55,444 nt of DNA from an uncultured Bacilli bacterium (GTDB taxonomy: Bacteria > Bacillota_I > Bacilli_A > RF39 > UBA660). Positions 19,957-31,639 of the stretch are shown in pieces. The stretch covers positions 1-55,444 of the forward strand of contig CAJTRV010000003.1 in assembly GCA_910578855.1 (NCBI GenBank), in the 5' to 3' direction. A program made the position numbers and the translations under genes. How positions within the stretch are numbered: the first letter of the stretch is position 1; each line of letters starts with the position of its first letter. The notes under the pieces were generated by a model. The model searched no databases, was not told the DNA's origin, and saw nothing but the letters and a program-made list of their open reading frames with translations.

Positions 19957-20451
19957 CTAAGATGATTGTAAAACTCGGGCATTATCCGGTTTTAAATAAT
20001 GGACTCTTGACTTCTCTTCGATCAATGTTACCTCTTCCAAATATTTTTCCATAATCCCCAATATTTTATCACAAATTTTCTCAGTTAACACGGGTTCTTC
20101 TAGTTGATCTACCTCTACTAATAAACGGTATAGTTTAGCTAAAGATGGGTGATCGATGATAGCGGTTTCGCTATTAAGTAACATCTCCTTGATGTTTGAC
20201 AACGATAAAACTAAGTCAAATTGTTGATAGGGAAGAGATTTTACCGCAATATCATCCTTGGTATCTTGATATGGGGCATAAAACACAATACTGTCTTGTT
20301 CGGAAAACAATACATAAATTGCTAGATTTCCCAATGGTCCTCCAAGCGGTGCTAGTTCTAAATCAATCTGATAATACTTCCCTTCTAATTCCAATGTTCG
20401 AACAACTAACGTCATAAACATTGACATATTTATCTCAAGTTCTGGTCGCAT
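19957..20451 (-). CDS. Hypothetical acidic protein, paralogue of 19436-19924
   Basis: 164 aa. AAGGAG RBS 8 nt before the ATG. Lies 56 nt downstream of the rpoC stop on the same strand. Confidence 0.7.
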   Translation of the reverse strand: MRPELEINMSMFMTLVVRTLELEGKYYQIDLELAPLGGPLGNLAIYVLFSEQDSIVFYAPYQDTKDDIAVKSLPYQQFDLVLSLSNIKEMLLNSETAIIDHPSLAKLYRLLVEVDQLEEPVLTEKICDKILGIMEKYLEEVTLIEEKSRVHYLKPDNARVLQSS

Positions 20452-20507
20452 ATTTGCTACTCCTTTTCTATTTATCTCATAATAAGAAAGAGTAGAAAAC
20501 TTCTACT

Positions 20508-23500
20508 CTAATCCATTAATTCTTGTTCCAACACTTCAAGTGGTTCTTCATTTAAAAGATCATTTTCCAATGTATAGGTAGCCTGACGATATTTTTTCGC
20601 CCCAGTTCCCGCTGGAATTAATTTTCCAATAATAACATTTTCTTTTAATCCGTTTAGATGATCCACTTTTCCGTGAATGGCTGCATCCGTTAAGATACGA
20701 GTTGTCTCTTGGAACGAAGCAGCAGATAGGAATGAATCAGTTTCTAGTGACGCCTTGGTAATACCTAGTAATACAGGACGCCCTGTTGCTGGATTCTTTC
20801 CTTGTAAGATCAATTCTTTATTAATATTGGTGAATTCACTAATATTTACCATTGTTCCTGGTAAGAATAGAGAATCCCCAGAATTGACGATCTTAATTTT
20901 CGAAATCATTCGTTTCGCCATAACCTCAACGTGCTTATCATCGATATCTACACCTTGACCACGGTAAACTTTTTGAATTTCCAATAAGATATATTGTTGA
21001 ACGGTAATTGGGTCCGTAACCACCAATAATTCCTTAGGATTGATTGCTCCATGGGTAAGACGTTGTCCAGCTTTTACTTCTTCATTTACTTCAACCGCTG
21101 GTTTTGCACCATAGTGGGAAGTATGTTGTCTAGTTTCAACATCATTTTTAACACTGATAATGAGTTTTCCGTTTTCCTCTTCAATATTGCTAACGACACC
21201 ATTGATTTCAGAAATCGTCGCTTTTCCTTTTGGATTACGGGCTTCAAATACTTCTTGAACCCGCGGTAACCCTTGGGTAATATCGTCTCCACCGGCAACT
21301 CCTCCAGTATTAAAGTTACGCATGGTAAGTTGTGTTCCTGGTTCCCCAATGGATTGAGCAGCCATAATTCCTACCGCTTCCCCAGTTTCAACAATGAATC
21401 CGGTTGCTAGGTTACGACCATAACAATGACGACAAACACCATGTTCTGTCTTACAAGTTAAGACCGTTCGAATTGGCACTTTGGTAATTCCTGCTGCAAT
21501 AATTTTATCAGCTAACTGCTCCGTAATATAGGTATTACGATCAACGATAACTTCCTTAGTTTCAGGATGGAGAATCTTCTTATTGGTATAACGACCATTA
21601 ATTCGATCTTTTAATGTTTCTACAACTGTTCCATCTTGTTCATTGATGAAGGCTTCAACCACAACTCCGTTTTCTGTACCACAGTCTTCTTCCTTAACAA
21701 TAACATCTTGAACAACATCGACAAGACGTCTCGTTAAGTAACCAGCTTCCGCTGTTTTTAAAGCTGTATCTACGGCTCCTTTACGCGCTCCATGGGTAGA
21801 TAAGAAGAAGTCAAATACACTAATTCCTTCCGTAAATGAACTCGTAACAGGGATTTCAATTGCTTCTCCAGTTGGCTTATTAAATAATCCACGCATTCCG
21901 GCAAGTTGTGTATAAGAACCCATATCTCCCCGGGCTTTTGAAGAAATCATCATTGCAATAGAATTATCAGGATGACTATTTAATTGTGCTTGTAATTCAT
22001 CAGCAATTTCATCTTTGGCTTTATTCCAAATTGCAACAACCTTTTCATAGCGTTCCCTTTCGGTAATCAAACCACGTTTAAATTGCTTATTGATATTATC
22101 AACTTTTTCCTGACTTTCATCGATAATCTGTTGTTTTCCCTTACTCTCTAGAACATCAGTAATACTGATACTAATTCCAGACAACGTTGAATACTTAAAT
22201 CCCAAATCCTTTATTTTATCAAGCATAACTGATGTTTCAGTCGTTTGATAACGCTTATAAATTTGGGCAATCAATTTTCCAAGTGCTCCTTTGTTAAGAG
22301 GGGTAACAATCGGCATATTCTGAACAGCCTCTTTGATATTAACTCCCCGTTCTAAGAAATATTTACTTGGGGTAATCTTTGTAATATTCTCTTCGCTTCC
22401 ATCATTTACATATTGGAATGTATCTGGGAACACTTCATTGAAAATTAACTTTCCAACCGTCGTTACCAAGTATTTGTTCATATAACTATCTGGGAATATT
22501 TTATGTCTAAAAGAGTGAACTGGAATTACAATTCTCGTATGAAGTGTAATCTCTCGCCGTTCATATGCCATAATAGCTTCGTTTTCATCTTTAAAAACGC
22601 GTCCCTCGCCAGGAAGTCCTGGTTTTTCCATCGTTAGATAGAAGTTTCCTAAGACCATGTCCTGCGAAGGTGTAACGATTGGTTTTCCATCCTTAGGCGA
22701 TAAGATGTTATTTGCTCCCAACATAAGAAGTCTTGCTTCCGCTTGCGCTTCTTCCGTAATCGGAACATGGACTGCCATTTGGTCACCATCGAAGTCGGCA
22801 TTAAAGGCTGCACACACAAGTGGGTGAAGACGAATACTACGTCCTTCGATTAATTTTGGTTCAAAAGCTTGAATTCCAAGCCGGTGCAAAGTCGGTGCCC
22901 GGTTTAATAGGATTGGATGTTCTTTGATCTTTTCCTCAACCACATCCCATACGCGCGGATCTTGATTTTCAATCATTCGTTTCGCTGCTTTAATATTAGA
23001 TGCGATTTCTTTTGATACCAATCCACTAATAACATGTGGCTTAAATAATTCTAAGGCCATCTCTTTAGGGATACCACACTCATACATTTTTAAGTTAGGT
23101 CCAACTACGATTACAGATCGTCCAGAATAGTCAACTCGTTTTCCAAGTAGGTTCTGACGGAATCGTCCTTGTTTTCCCTTTAACATACTAGATAATGATT
23201 TTAATGGTCGATTTCCTGGACCTGTAATTGGACGGCTTCTTCGACCATTATCAAATAAAGCATCAACCGCTTCTTGAAGCATTCGCTTCTCATTTTGAAT
23301 AATGATACTAGGTGCTCCTAATTCCATTAATTTCTTCAAGCGATTGTTACGGTTTATTACCCGACGATAAAGATCGTTTAAATCACTTGTAGCAAATCGT
23401 CCACCATCAAGCTGAATCATAGGACGAAGCTCTGGTGGAATAACAGGAAGTGCATCCATAATCATCCACTCTGGTTTATTTCCTGAATCCAAGAAAGCAC

Positions 23501-24146
23501 TTAGAACATCAAGACGTTTGATCAAACGAATTCTTCGTTGACTCGTTGAATCTTTGATCTCCTCGATTTCTTTTTTTATTGTTGCTACTTCGCTATCAAG
23601 ATCAACTTGCTCTAATAACTCACGAATAGCTCCGGCTCCCATCCCAACACGGAAGGTATTTCCATATTTTTCATAGTAGGCACGGTATTCTTTATCGCTA
23701 ATCGTCTGTTTCTTTTCAAGGGGTGCAGCCCCAGGATCTAAGACAACATAAGATACAAAGTATAATACCTCTTCTAAATCCCGAGGACTCATATCAAGTA
23801 CCAATCCCATTCGTGATGGTACCCCTTTAAAGAACCATATATGACTAACAGGAGCTGCTAGTTCAATATGTCCCATTCGTTCACGACGTACTTTAGAACG
23901 TGTTACTTCTACTCCACAACGATCACAGACAATATTCTTATAACGAAGACGCTTGTATTTACCACAAGCACACTCGTAATCTTTAGTTGGACCAAAGATT
24001 TTTTCACAGAATAATCCATCACGTTCTGGTTTTAACGTTCGATAATTAATCGTCTCTGCTTTTTTTACTTCTCCATAAGACCACTTACGGATGGTATCCG
24101 GAGAGGCGATACTAATTCTAATTCCTTCAAATTGATTTACATCCAT
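20508..24146 (-). CDS. rpoC: DNA-directed RNA polymerase subunit beta-prime
   Basis: 1212 aa. NADFDGD catalytic motif. Zinc finger CACGKY...CDRCGVEV. The start overlaps the rpoB stop (TAATG). Confidence 0.99.
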   Translation of the reverse strand: MDVNQFEGIRISIASPDTIRKWSYGEVKKAETINYRTLKPERDGLFCEKIFGPTKDYECACGKYKRLRYKNIVCDRCGVEVTRSKVRRERMGHIELAAPVSHIWFFKGVPSRMGLVLDMSPRDLEEVLYFVSYVVLDPGAAPLEKKQTISDKEYRAYYEKYGNTFRVGMGAGAIRELLEQVDLDSEVATIKKEIEEIKDSTSQRRIRLIKRLDVLSAFLDSGNKPEWMIMDALPVIPPELRPMIQLDGGRFATSDLNDLYRRVINRNNRLKKLMELGAPSIIIQNEKRMLQEAVDALFDNGRRSRPITGPGNRPLKSLSSMLKGKQGRFRQNLLGKRVDYSGRSVIVVGPNLKMYECGIPKEMALELFKPHVISGLVSKEIASNIKAAKRMIENQDPRVWDVVEEKIKEHPILLNRAPTLHRLGIQAFEPKLIEGRSIRLHPLVCAAFNADFDGDQMAVHVPITEEAQAEARLLMLGANNILSPKDGKPIVTPSQDMVLGNFYLTMEKPGLPGEGRVFKDENEAIMAYERREITLHTRIVIPVHSFRHKIFPDSYMNKYLVTTVGKLIFNEVFPDTFQYVNDGSEENITKITPSKYFLERGVNIKEAVQNMPIVTPLNKGALGKLIAQIYKRYQTTETSVMLDKIKDLGFKYSTLSGISISITDVLESKGKQQIIDESQEKVDNINKQFKRGLITERERYEKVVAIWNKAKDEIADELQAQLNSHPDNSIAMMISSKARGDMGSYTQLAGMRGLFNKPTGEAIEIPVTSSFTEGISVFDFFLSTHGARKGAVDTALKTAEAGYLTRRLVDVVQDVIVKEEDCGTENGVVVEAFINEQDGTVVETLKDRINGRYTNKKILHPETKEVIVDRNTYITEQLADKIIAAGITKVPIRTVLTCKTEHGVCRHCYGRNLATGFIVETGEAVGIMAAQSIGEPGTQLTMRNFNTGGVAGGDDITQGLPRVQEVFEARNPKGKATISEINGVVSNIEEENGKLIISVKNDVETRQHTSHYGAKPAVEVNEEVKAGQRLTHGAINPKELLVVTDPITVQQYILLEIQKVYRGQGVDIDDKHVEVMAKRMISKIKIVNSGDSLFLPGTMVNISEFTNINKELILQGKNPATGRPVLLGITKASLETDSFLSAASFQETTRILTDAAIHGKVDHLNGLKENVIIGKLIPAGTGAKKYRQATYTLENDLLNEEPLEVLEQELMD

Positions 24147-27100
24147 TAATCAGCAGCCCCTTCCACCATATCGTGTTCAATTGCCTCTATTTCTTCAATA
24201 GATGGCTCTTCATCGATATCCATATTTTCTTCATCATCTACTTCAATTGTAGGTGTTTCTAATTCTTCTGGTTCCTCTGGTTCAACAACAAGATCAGTTT
24301 TTTCAAACTCATCCGTTGTCAAATACGAATCAGATTCCTCTTCTTCTAATTCTTTTAAATCTAAGAATTTACCTTCGTCATTCAAAATCGTAATATCAAG
24401 TCCCAATGCCTGGAATTCTTTAATTAATACGCGGAATGACTCTGGAATACCACTTGCTGGAATTGGTGTTCCCTTAACAAGCGCCTCGTATACTTTTACC
24501 CGTCCAACAACGTCGTCTGACTTAATCGTCATCACTTCTTGTAAAACATGGGCAGCACCATAGGCATATAACGCCCAAACTTCCATCTCTCCAAAACGTT
24601 GTCCACCAAATTGTGCTTTTCCACCAAGTGGTTGTTGTGTTACGAGTGAGTAAGGTCCTGTACTACGAGCATGTAGTTTATCATCAACCATGTGATTTAA
24701 TTTGATCATGTACATGACACCAACACTGATTCGGTTATCAAATAATTCCCCAGTTCGACCATCATGTAACCATTCTTTTCCATCACTTGCAAGCCCAGCT
24801 TCTTCTAACGCTTCGATAATTTCTTCGCGATTGGCTCCATCAAATACTGGCGTTGCCACGTGAATATCTAACGTTTGAGCGGCATATCCAAGATGCATCT
24901 CCAAAATTTGTCCGATATTCATACGGCTTGGTACTCCTAGTGGATTTAATAAAATATCAACTGGTCGCCCATCTGGTAAATATGGCATATCCTCTTCTGG
25001 CAAGATCAATGAGATAACTCCCTTATTACCATGACGTCCCGCCATCTTATCTCCTACGCTAATTTTACGTTTTTGAGCGATATAAACGCGGACAATTTGA
25101 CTAACACCAGCTGGTAATTCATCAGAGTTTTCCTTAGTAAAGATCTTGATATCATGAACAATACCACCACCACCGTGTGGTACGCGAAGAGATGTATCTC
25201 TTACTTCACGTGTCTTTTCACCAAAGATCGCATGTAATAATTTTTCCTCACTAGTAAGTTCGGCCATTCCTTTTGGTGTTACTTTTCCAACAAGAATATC
25301 ATCGTCTTTTACTTCGGTACCAATACGAATAATTCCATTCTCATCCAGATTTTTACGAGCCTCTTCACTAACGTTTGGAATATCTCGGGTAAATTCTTCT
25401 GGTCCTAGTTTCGTATCCCGGCACTCAGTCGCATATACTTCAATATGAATTGATGTATAAACATCATCTTTTACAAGTCGTTCATTTAAGATGACCGCAT
25501 CTTCATAGTTATATCCATTGAAGTTCATGAAAGCAACCGTTACGTTTTTCCCAAGGGCAAGCTCCCCTTTATCAGTTGATGGTCCATCGGCAATACTCAT
25601 TCCTTTGGTTACTTTATCACCAACCCGAACAATTGGAACTTGATGGTAACATGTACCAGCATTCGAACGTTCAAAGTCGCTAAGATAATAAGTATCCATA
25701 CCACCTTTGGTTTTGACCAATATTTTACGCGAATCAACATAGTCAACAACTCCATCAGAAGCCGCAATAATAACGGCACCAGAGTCACGAGCAGCAATTG
25801 CTTCGATTCCTGTACCAACACGCGCTGCTTCAGCTTTTAGTAATGGTATAGCTTGTCGTTGCATGTTCGATCCCATGAGGGCACGTTTCCCATCATCATG
25901 CTCAAGGAACGGAATTCCTTGGGTTGTAATAGATACTACCTGTTGTGGAGAAACATCCATAAAATCGACTTCTTTTGGTGTTATCATCACATTATCCCCA
26001 CGATAACGAGCTGGAACACGTTTTTGAACAATCACGTCATCTTCTGTTTCTACAGTTGCTTGACAGATATAGTAATCCAATTCTTCATCAGCTGTCATAT
26101 AGACAATCTCGTCCGTTAACTTCGTATCGACAATTTTACGGTATGGTGTCATAATAAATCCATACTCATCGACTCTAGCATAACTAGAAAGTGAAGTAAT
26201 TAGTCCAATGTTTGGTCCTTCTGGTGACTCAATTGGACACAATCTTCCATAGTGAGACGAGTTTACGTCCCGCACTTCCATTCCTGCTCGATCACGGCTT
26301 AAACCACCAGGCCCAAGACTTGATAAACGACGCTTATTGGTAAGCTCGGCAATTGGATTGGTTTGATCCATGAATTGCGATAACTGACTGCTTCCAAAGA
26401 ATTCTTTGATACTAGCGGTTAGTGGTCGAATATTGATCAAACTCTTTGGTGTTACTTCGGCAATGTCTTGGGTTGACATTCGGTCCCGAATCACTCGTTC
26501 AATACGACTTATTCCAATTCTAAATTGATTTTGAAGTAATTCTCCTACCTGACGAACACGGCGATTTGATAAATGATCGATTTCATCAAATGATCCAATT
26601 CCTTCTAATAAATTTAAATAATATGATACAGCGGCATAAACATCCGATGTCGTAAGTCGCTTTACCTCGATACTCTGATCATTTCCAATAATTTTAACAA
26701 CACGATCTGGATGTACTTTTGAATATACCTTTACCACTTGTACACGGTTATATGTATCTAATTCGGCATTGATTAATGTCTCACGTACTCCATAACCATT
26801 TTTCATAATTGGTCGTAATACTTCCAATACTTCTTTGGTAACAACTGTATCTTTTGCTGCTACTAAGTTACCATCCACTTTAATATCTTCTGCTAATTTA
26901 CAACCTAGTAATCGATCACACACATCTAATTTACGATTGAACTTATAACGTCCAACTTTCGCAAGATCATAACGGAACGCATCGAAAAAGCGACCAATTA
27001 ATTGGTTTTTCGCACTATCTAATGTCGATGGTTCTCCTGGTCGAAGCTTAGAATGAATATCTAGTAATGCCTCATCGGTATTTTTATTGGCATCTTTCAC

Positions 27101-27763
27101 AATCGTTCGTTCTAAATACTCATCTTGCCCAAATAAATCATAGATATCTTCATCATTTGATAATCCAAGTGCTCTTAACAATGATGTAATTGGCACTTTT
27201 CTCGTTCGATCAATTCGTACATAAATAACATCCCTAGCATCTGTTTCAAACTCTAACCAAGTTCCGCGACTAGGAATAATTTGGGCCGCAATAACCAAAC
27301 GCTCGTTCTTGTCCACTTCACGACCAAAATAAACCGATGGAGACCTTACCAACTGTGATACAATAACCCGTTCTGCTCCATTGATAATAAATGTTCCAGA
27401 ATCGGTCATAATTGGCATATCACCTAAGTAAATTTCTTGCTCTTTTACCTCACCAGTTTCGCCATTAAAAAGTCTAGCTTCCACCTTTAGTGGCGCTGCA
27501 TAAGTCGTCTGTTTTTCCTTGCAAGCTTTGATTGAATAACGTGGCTCATCAAAAAAATATTCCCCGAATTCCAGTATTAATTTCCCTGTAAAACTTTCTA
27601 CTGGAGAAATATCTTCAAATACTTCGATAATTCCCTCGTTAATAAACCAATCATAACTCTTTTTTTGAATTTCTAATAAGTTTCCTAATTCTATCGCATT
27701 CTTTGTCTTTGCATAACTACGTCTCTCTCGATGATCCCCAGATTTTATATTCGTATAAGCCAT
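24146..27763 (-). CDS. rpoB: DNA-directed RNA polymerase subunit beta
   Basis: 1205 aa. [13 protein letters not shown] signature, rifampicin-cluster region [16 protein letters not shown], acidic C-terminal tail. Confidence 0.99.
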   Translation of the reverse strand: MAYTNIKSGDHRERRSYAKTKNAIELGNLLEIQKKSYDWFINEGIIEVFEDISPVESFTGKLILEFGEYFFDEPRYSIKACKEKQTTYAAPLKVEARLFNGETGEVKEQEIYLGDMPIMTDSGTFIINGAERVIVSQLVRSPSVYFGREVDKNERLVIAAQIIPSRGTWLEFETDARDVIYVRIDRTRKVPITSLLRALGLSNDEDIYDLFGQDEYLERTIVKDANKNTDEALLDIHSKLRPGEPSTLDSAKNQLIGRFFDAFRYDLAKVGRYKFNRKLDVCDRLLGCKLAEDIKVDGNLVAAKDTVVTKEVLEVLRPIMKNGYGVRETLINAELDTYNRVQVVKVYSKVHPDRVVKIIGNDQSIEVKRLTTSDVYAAVSYYLNLLEGIGSFDEIDHLSNRRVRQVGELLQNQFRIGISRIERVIRDRMSTQDIAEVTPKSLINIRPLTASIKEFFGSSQLSQFMDQTNPIAELTNKRRLSSLGPGGLSRDRAGMEVRDVNSSHYGRLCPIESPEGPNIGLITSLSSYARVDEYGFIMTPYRKIVDTKLTDEIVYMTADEELDYYICQATVETEDDVIVQKRVPARYRGDNVMITPKEVDFMDVSPQQVVSITTQGIPFLEHDDGKRALMGSNMQRQAIPLLKAEAARVGTGIEAIAARDSGAVIIAASDGVVDYVDSRKILVKTKGGMDTYYLSDFERSNAGTCYHQVPIVRVGDKVTKGMSIADGPSTDKGELALGKNVTVAFMNFNGYNYEDAVILNERLVKDDVYTSIHIEVYATECRDTKLGPEEFTRDIPNVSEEARKNLDENGIIRIGTEVKDDDILVGKVTPKGMAELTSEEKLLHAIFGEKTREVRDTSLRVPHGGGGIVHDIKIFTKENSDELPAGVSQIVRVYIAQKRKISVGDKMAGRHGNKGVISLILPEEDMPYLPDGRPVDILLNPLGVPSRMNIGQILEMHLGYAAQTLDIHVATPVFDGANREEIIEALEEAGLASDGKEWLHDGRTGELFDNRISVGVMYMIKLNHMVDDKLHARSTGPYSLVTQQPLGGKAQFGGQRFGEMEVWALYAYGAAHVLQEVMTIKSDDVVGRVKVYEALVKGTPIPASGIPESFRVLIKEFQALGLDITILNDEGKFLDLKELEEEESDSYLTTDEFEKTDLVVEPEEPEELETPTIEVDDEENMDIDEEPSIEEIEAIEHDMVEGAAD

Positions 27764-27836
27764 TTATTCACCCCTATAAACTATATTAAAATACGAAATT
27801 CATATACAATATATAAGTATATGCCGTCAATTTATA

Positions 27837-27865
27837 ATTTTAGCACAACAATTGCAAGCTGTCAA
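27837..27865 (-). promoter_or_regulatory. Candidate sigma-A promoter upstream of rpoB
   Basis: Minus strand: TTGACA (27860-27865), 17-nt spacer, TAAAAT (27837-27842). The -35 overlaps the stop of the methyltransferase gene. Confidence 0.4.
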
Positions 27866-28452
27866 TTATTTACAGCTCTAATTATAAAAAAACCTTTTTC
27901 CTTGTTCTTAATTTCCACTTGATATTCATCTGCTAAATTTTTTAAAGTACTCTTTGCCCCATGATCTTTATGAATAACAATCCATAATTCCCCACCGGGT
28001 TTCAAATGTTCTTTGGCACCAAATAACAATTCATATAATATTTTCTTCCCTACCCGAATGGGTGGATTACTAATAATATAATCATACTTCTTAGTAATAT
28101 TGGTATATCCATCGCTTTCAAAAATTGAAACAGCAACACCATTAGCGCTCGCATTCTTACTTGCCAAATTTAAAGAACGGTTATTAATATCTACCATGTC
28201 AACATTCGTATCAGCCTTTTCCTTTTTGATACTAATACCAATCGGTCCATAACCGCACCCCAAATCTAGAATATCACCATGTAATGATTCCCCCAAAACA
28301 GTATTCAATAGAATATGGGTCCCTAGATCTAAGCCCTTTTTGGCAAAGACTCCATGATCGGTATAAAAGGTGTATTCCTGATTCCGAATATGGATATGCG
28401 TCTCTTTTATGTTACTTCTCAATGTCTCATCATTGATAAAATAATGTCCCAT
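27862..28452 (-). CDS. Class I SAM-dependent (RsmC/YbxB-like) methyltransferase
   Basis: 196 aa from ATG 28452, 7 nt after AGGAAG. SAM motif ILDLGCGYGPIG and NPPI motif. Same rplL-rpoB position as B. subtilis ybxB. Confidence 0.85.
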   Translation of the reverse strand: MGHYFINDETLRSNIKETHIHIRNQEYTFYTDHGVFAKKGLDLGTHILLNTVLGESLHGDILDLGCGYGPIGISIKKEKADTNVDMVDINNRSLNLASKNASANGVAVSIFESDGYTNITKKYDYIISNPPIRVGKKILYELLFGAKEHLKPGGELWIVIHKDHGAKSTLKNLADEYQVEIKNKEKGFFIIRAVNN

Positions 28453-28503
28453 TTTATCGCTTCCTATCGTTTCTTCCATCAAAATGTATATTTATCATTA
28501 CTC

Positions 28504-29076
28504 CTAATACGTTTTGATTTTTCTTTTCTCTATGCCATCATCAGTTGGAACCTCAGTAACGGAATGAACTTTTTTTAGTAGAAGAAAATCAGTAAAACAA
28601 GATAACTTTTTTAATTGACGGCGGCTTAATCGAAATGATTTTTGTTCCCGATTATAACCTAGTTCATAAAGCATACTATAAACAATCATCTCTTGTTTTA
28701 ATTCATTTTGTTCTAACCTCGAATGATCATGAACCGGAATTTCATAATAACATCGCAATATTCCCTCAGCTACATCAAGGTAGTGTTCAATATCCGTTCG
28801 AATAATACTATAATCTTCAACATTTCCTAAGATGAAATAGGTTGCATATAATTTTCGCAAAACTTGGACAAATGGGTCGTCAAAGTGCAACTGTCCTAAA
28901 TATTTTTCTTGTGGTTTGACAAATAACCCATGTAATTGCTCACAAATTCCTTCTATTAATTCTATTGAACACGAATCTAAATACTTTGCAACCAAATCAT
29001 TTAAACAAGCACTTTTTATATCATTGTTTCCCGTTACATTACCAAGTTGATTTCCTTTTTTTGTTTTTTTCATCAA
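28504..29076 (-). CDS. Hypothetical protein inserted between rplL and the methyltransferase
   Basis: 190 aa. Lys-rich N-terminus, no signal peptide or TM segment, no motif I recognise. Same strand as its neighbours. Confidence 0.65.
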   Translation of the reverse strand: MMKKTKKGNQLGNVTGNNDIKSACLNDLVAKYLDSCSIELIEGICEQLHGLFVKPQEKYLGQLHFDDPFVQVLRKLYATYFILGNVEDYSIIRTDIEHYLDVAEGILRCYYEIPVHDHSRLEQNELKQEMIVYSMLYELGYNREQKSFRLSRRQLKKLSCFTDFLLLKKVHSVTEVPTDDGIEKRKIKTY

Positions 29077-29182
29077 AATCCCCTGCTCTTTCTAAACATT
29101 ACCGCTTCTCTATGCACTTAATATCTTTATCATAACTGATTGAAATAAATCATGAATACCAGTTAACTCAAGAAACGGTGAA

Positions 29183-29210
29183 AGCCCATACTAAATATTT
29201 AGTATAGGCT
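29183..29210 (-). terminator. Hairpin terminator/attenuator after rplL
   Basis: 13-bp stem agcccatactaaa / tttagtataggct with one mismatch, 20 nt after the rplL stop. U-rich on both sides, so possibly bidirectional or partial. Confidence 0.5.
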
Positions 29211-29230
29211 AACCCTCTTTTTTAAACAAA

Positions 29231-29599
29231 TTATTTTAATTCAACTGTAGCGCCAGCTTCTTCGAATTTAGCTTTTAATTCATTTGCTTCATCACTACTA
29301 GCTTTTTCTTTTACAACACCACCGTTATCAGCGATTTCTTTTGCTTCTTTTAATCCTAATCCAGTGATTTCTTTGATTAACTTAATAACCGCTAACTTGT
29401 TAGATCCAGCACTTGCAAGTACTACATCAGCTGTACTTGGTCCTTCTTCAACTGCTGCCCCAGCTGCTGGAGCTGCTACTGCTACTGCACTTGGATCAAC
29501 ACCAAATTTCTCCTTCATTCCTTCAACTAATTCATTTACTTCAAGAATTGTCATTTCACTAATTGCATTTAAAATATCTTCATTTGTAATTTTTGCCAT
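29231..29599 (-). CDS. rplL: 50S ribosomal protein L7/L12
   Basis: 122 aa. MAKITNEDILNAI start, Ala-rich hinge, C-terminal KEAKE...GATVELK. Confidence 0.98.
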   Translation of the reverse strand: MAKITNEDILNAISEMTILEVNELVEGMKEKFGVDPSAVAVAAPAAGAAVEEGPSTADVVLASAGSNKLAVIKLIKEITGLGLKEAKEIADNGGVVKEKASSDEANELKAKFEEAGATVELK

Positions 29600-29622
29600 T
29601 CTATTTTCCTCCTTATTTTTAA

Positions 29623-30123
29623 TTAATTATTTTCTTTCTCTAAATTTTGACTATGTAAGTCTAAACAAATTGCAAAATCCTTAACTTTTTGCATCAATCC
29701 AGCTGCAAACATAGTAAGTAATCCATCTCGTGATGGAATCGATGCATATTTCTTTAACATATCAATATCAGCGATTTCTCCATCAACCATTCCAATTTTC
29801 ATCTGTAATGCTTCATGATCTTTAGAAAAATCATGTAACACTTTAATTGGCGCGATCGCATCTGTTCCATAAGCCATAGCTTTTGGACCTGTAAGCTCAC
29901 TTGTCATATCGATATTAAGAGAATCCAATGCTCGTTTTGTCAATGTATTTTTGTAAATCTTTAAATCAGATCCACTTTCTCTTAACTTTCTTCGAAGCTC
30001 TGTCATATCAGATACCGTTAATCCTTGGTACTCAAATAAAACAAATGATGAAGATTCTTTTACATTGTTTACAATCTCCTTTACTACTTCTTGTTTCTTT
30101 TCAATAATTTTAGCGTTTGCCAT
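29623..30123 (-). CDS. rplJ: 50S ribosomal protein L10
   Basis: 166 aa. Position and sequence (FEYQGLTVSDMTELRRKLRE) are typical of L10. Confidence 0.97.
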   Translation of the reverse strand: MANAKIIEKKQEVVKEIVNNVKESSSFVLFEYQGLTVSDMTELRRKLRESGSDLKIYKNTLTKRALDSLNIDMTSELTGPKAMAYGTDAIAPIKVLHDFSKDHEALQMKIGMVDGEIADIDMLKKYASIPSRDGLLTMFAAGLMQKVKDFAICLDLHSQNLEKENN

Positions 30124-30296
30124 ACTACACCTCTCTTTCCTGTTATATAGTACGTATCAAAAAGTCTCCACAGGGTAACCGCAGAGACTATAACTTAAAT
30201 TCATAAGTCCTCGGTAGGAAATTAAGTTTTAAAAACACCTACTGTCTACGGTACTATCTAATTTTTTTGGACGAATCCATTATAACATAATCTGAT
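30124..30296 (-). promoter_or_regulatory. rplJ leader, probable L10 leader autoregulatory RNA with attenuator
   Basis: 173-nt untranslated gap between rplA and rplJ. The minus strand carries a CCGUAGACAGUAGGUG...CCUACCGAGG helix. A terminator-like hairpin AGUCUC...GAGACU (30163-30189) plus UUUUU follows. This resembles the Firmicute L10 leader by eye; I ran no covariance model. Confidence 0.5.
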
Positions 30297-30992
30297 TTAC
30301 TTGTCAAAGTTATTTGTATCAACCTTAATACCAGGTCCCATCGTTGAAGAGATACTAATGTTTTTTACATAAGTTCCTTTTACTGTTGATGGTTTTAATT
30401 TTAACATCAATGATACAAATGCATTCATATTTTCAAGTAGTTTTGTTTCATCAAATGAAACTTTTCCAATGATAACAGCAACATTTCCATAGCTATCAGC
30501 ACGATATTCTACTCGACCTTTTTTTACATCTTCAACAGCTTTAGCTGTATCCATTGTTACACTACCTGTTTTAGGGTTTGGCATCAATCCTTTTGGACCT
30601 AATACCCGTCCTAATTTCCCTAATGCTGGCATCATATCTGGAGTTGCAATCATGACATCAAAGTCAAACCAATTTTCCTTGGCGATCTTATCTAACATAT
30701 CTTGATCTCCAACATAGTCTGCACCTGCTTCGCGAGCTGCTTTGGCTGCATCTCCTTTGGCAATAACCAATACTTTCTTCGTTTTACCAGTTCCATTTGG
30801 AAGCACAATTGCCCCTCTTAATTGTTGATCAGCTTTTTTCGTATCAATATTTAATCGTAATACAAGTTCTACTGATGCATCAAAACTAGTTGTCGAAGTT
30901 TCTTTTACTAATTTGATTGCTTCTTCTTTAGAATAAATTTTATTCTTTTCGATCTTCTTAGAAGCTTCTAAATATTTCTTACTTTTTTTCAT
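30297..30992 (-). CDS. rplA: 50S ribosomal protein L1
   Basis: 231 aa from [10 protein letters not shown] (ATG 30992 after AAGGAGGT). The ORF-track extension is rejected. Confidence 0.97.
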   Translation of the reverse strand: MKKSKKYLEASKKIEKNKIYSKEEAIKLVKETSTTSFDASVELVLRLNIDTKKADQQLRGAIVLPNGTGKTKKVLVIAKGDAAKAAREAGADYVGDQDMLDKIAKENWFDFDVMIATPDMMPALGKLGRVLGPKGLMPNPKTGSVTMDTAKAVEDVKKGRVEYRADSYGNVAVIIGKVSFDETKLLENMNAFVSLMLKLKPSTVKGTYVKNISISSTMGPGIKVDTNNFDK

Positions 30993-31061
30993 TTTTACCT
31001 CCTTGTGGTTTATAGCGGATAATTCCTCCCACATAGGTCAAGCCTATATGTTTGTTGTTAC

Positions 31062-31487
31062 TTAGTCAACAATGGTAACACCCATATTTAAAGCCGTACC
31101 TTCTACTATTTTCATAGCTTCTTCTACTGTATAGGCATTTAAATCTGGTAGTTTTGTCTCAGCAATTTCACGTAATTGAGCTCTTGTAATAGTTCCAGCT
31201 TGTTCATTTTTTCCCTTGCTTGAACCTTTTTTAATCCCGGCTGCTTTCTTAATTAAGAATGGAGCTGGTGGAGTCTTAATTACAAAGTCGAAAGAACGAT
31301 CTTCATAGATACTAATTTCAACTGGTAAAATATCTCCTCTTTTATCTTTTGTTGCATCATTATATTTTGTACAGAACTCTTGTAAGTTAATACCTGCAGG
31401 TCCTAATACTGTTCCAACTGGTGGCGCTGGTGTTGCTGCTCCAGCTGGAATTTGCAACTTAATTAATTTTGTTACATTCTTTGCCAC
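31062..31487 (-). CDS. rplK: 50S ribosomal protein L11
   Basis: 141 aa. GTG start at 31487, 6 nt after [24 protein letters not shown] block. The ORF-track start is a GTG inside the RBS. Confidence 0.95.
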   Translation of the reverse strand: MAKNVTKLIKLQIPAGAATPAPPVGTVLGPAGINLQEFCTKYNDATKDKRGDILPVEISIYEDRSFDFVIKTPPAPFLIKKAAGIKKGSSKGKNEQAGTITRAQLREIAETKLPDLNAYTVEEAMKIVEGTALNMGVTIVD

Positions 31488-31598
31488 GAAAAACACCTCC
31501 TAATAATTTTTTTCGCGAGTGGTCAAAACGAGTGTCCGCTTATCACTTTTTTTCTCTCCCACTTGGTCATCTATATAAAAATAATATATAGCCATTTC

Positions 31599-31627
31599 AT
31601 AATAGCACATTTTTCCACGTTTGTAAA
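31599..31627 (-). promoter_or_regulatory. Sigma-A promoter for rplK-rplA
   Basis: Minus strand: TTTACA (31622-31627), 17-nt spacer, TATTAT (31599-31604) with an upstream TG. It starts 13 nt after the stop of the inserted ORF. Confidence 0.5.
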
Positions 31628-31639
31628 CTGCTATTTTCA

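Noticed and set aside
24146-24361. About 70-aa highly acidic C-terminal tail on RpoB (EEEESDSY...[10 protein letters not shown]...).
   Set aside because: As I recall, B. subtilis RpoB also ends in an acidic tail, and the overall length (1205 aa) is normal. This is not distinctive without a quantitative comparison.
20508-27763. Looked for inteins, large lineage-specific insertions or frameshifts in rpoB and rpoC.
   Set aside because: Both are uninterrupted, of typical Firmicute length, and carry the catalytic motifs in the expected order.
31488-31598. The rplK 5' leader as an L1-binding autoregulatory element.
   Set aside because: I could not fold a convincing 23S-mimic helix by eye. The promoter alone is reported.
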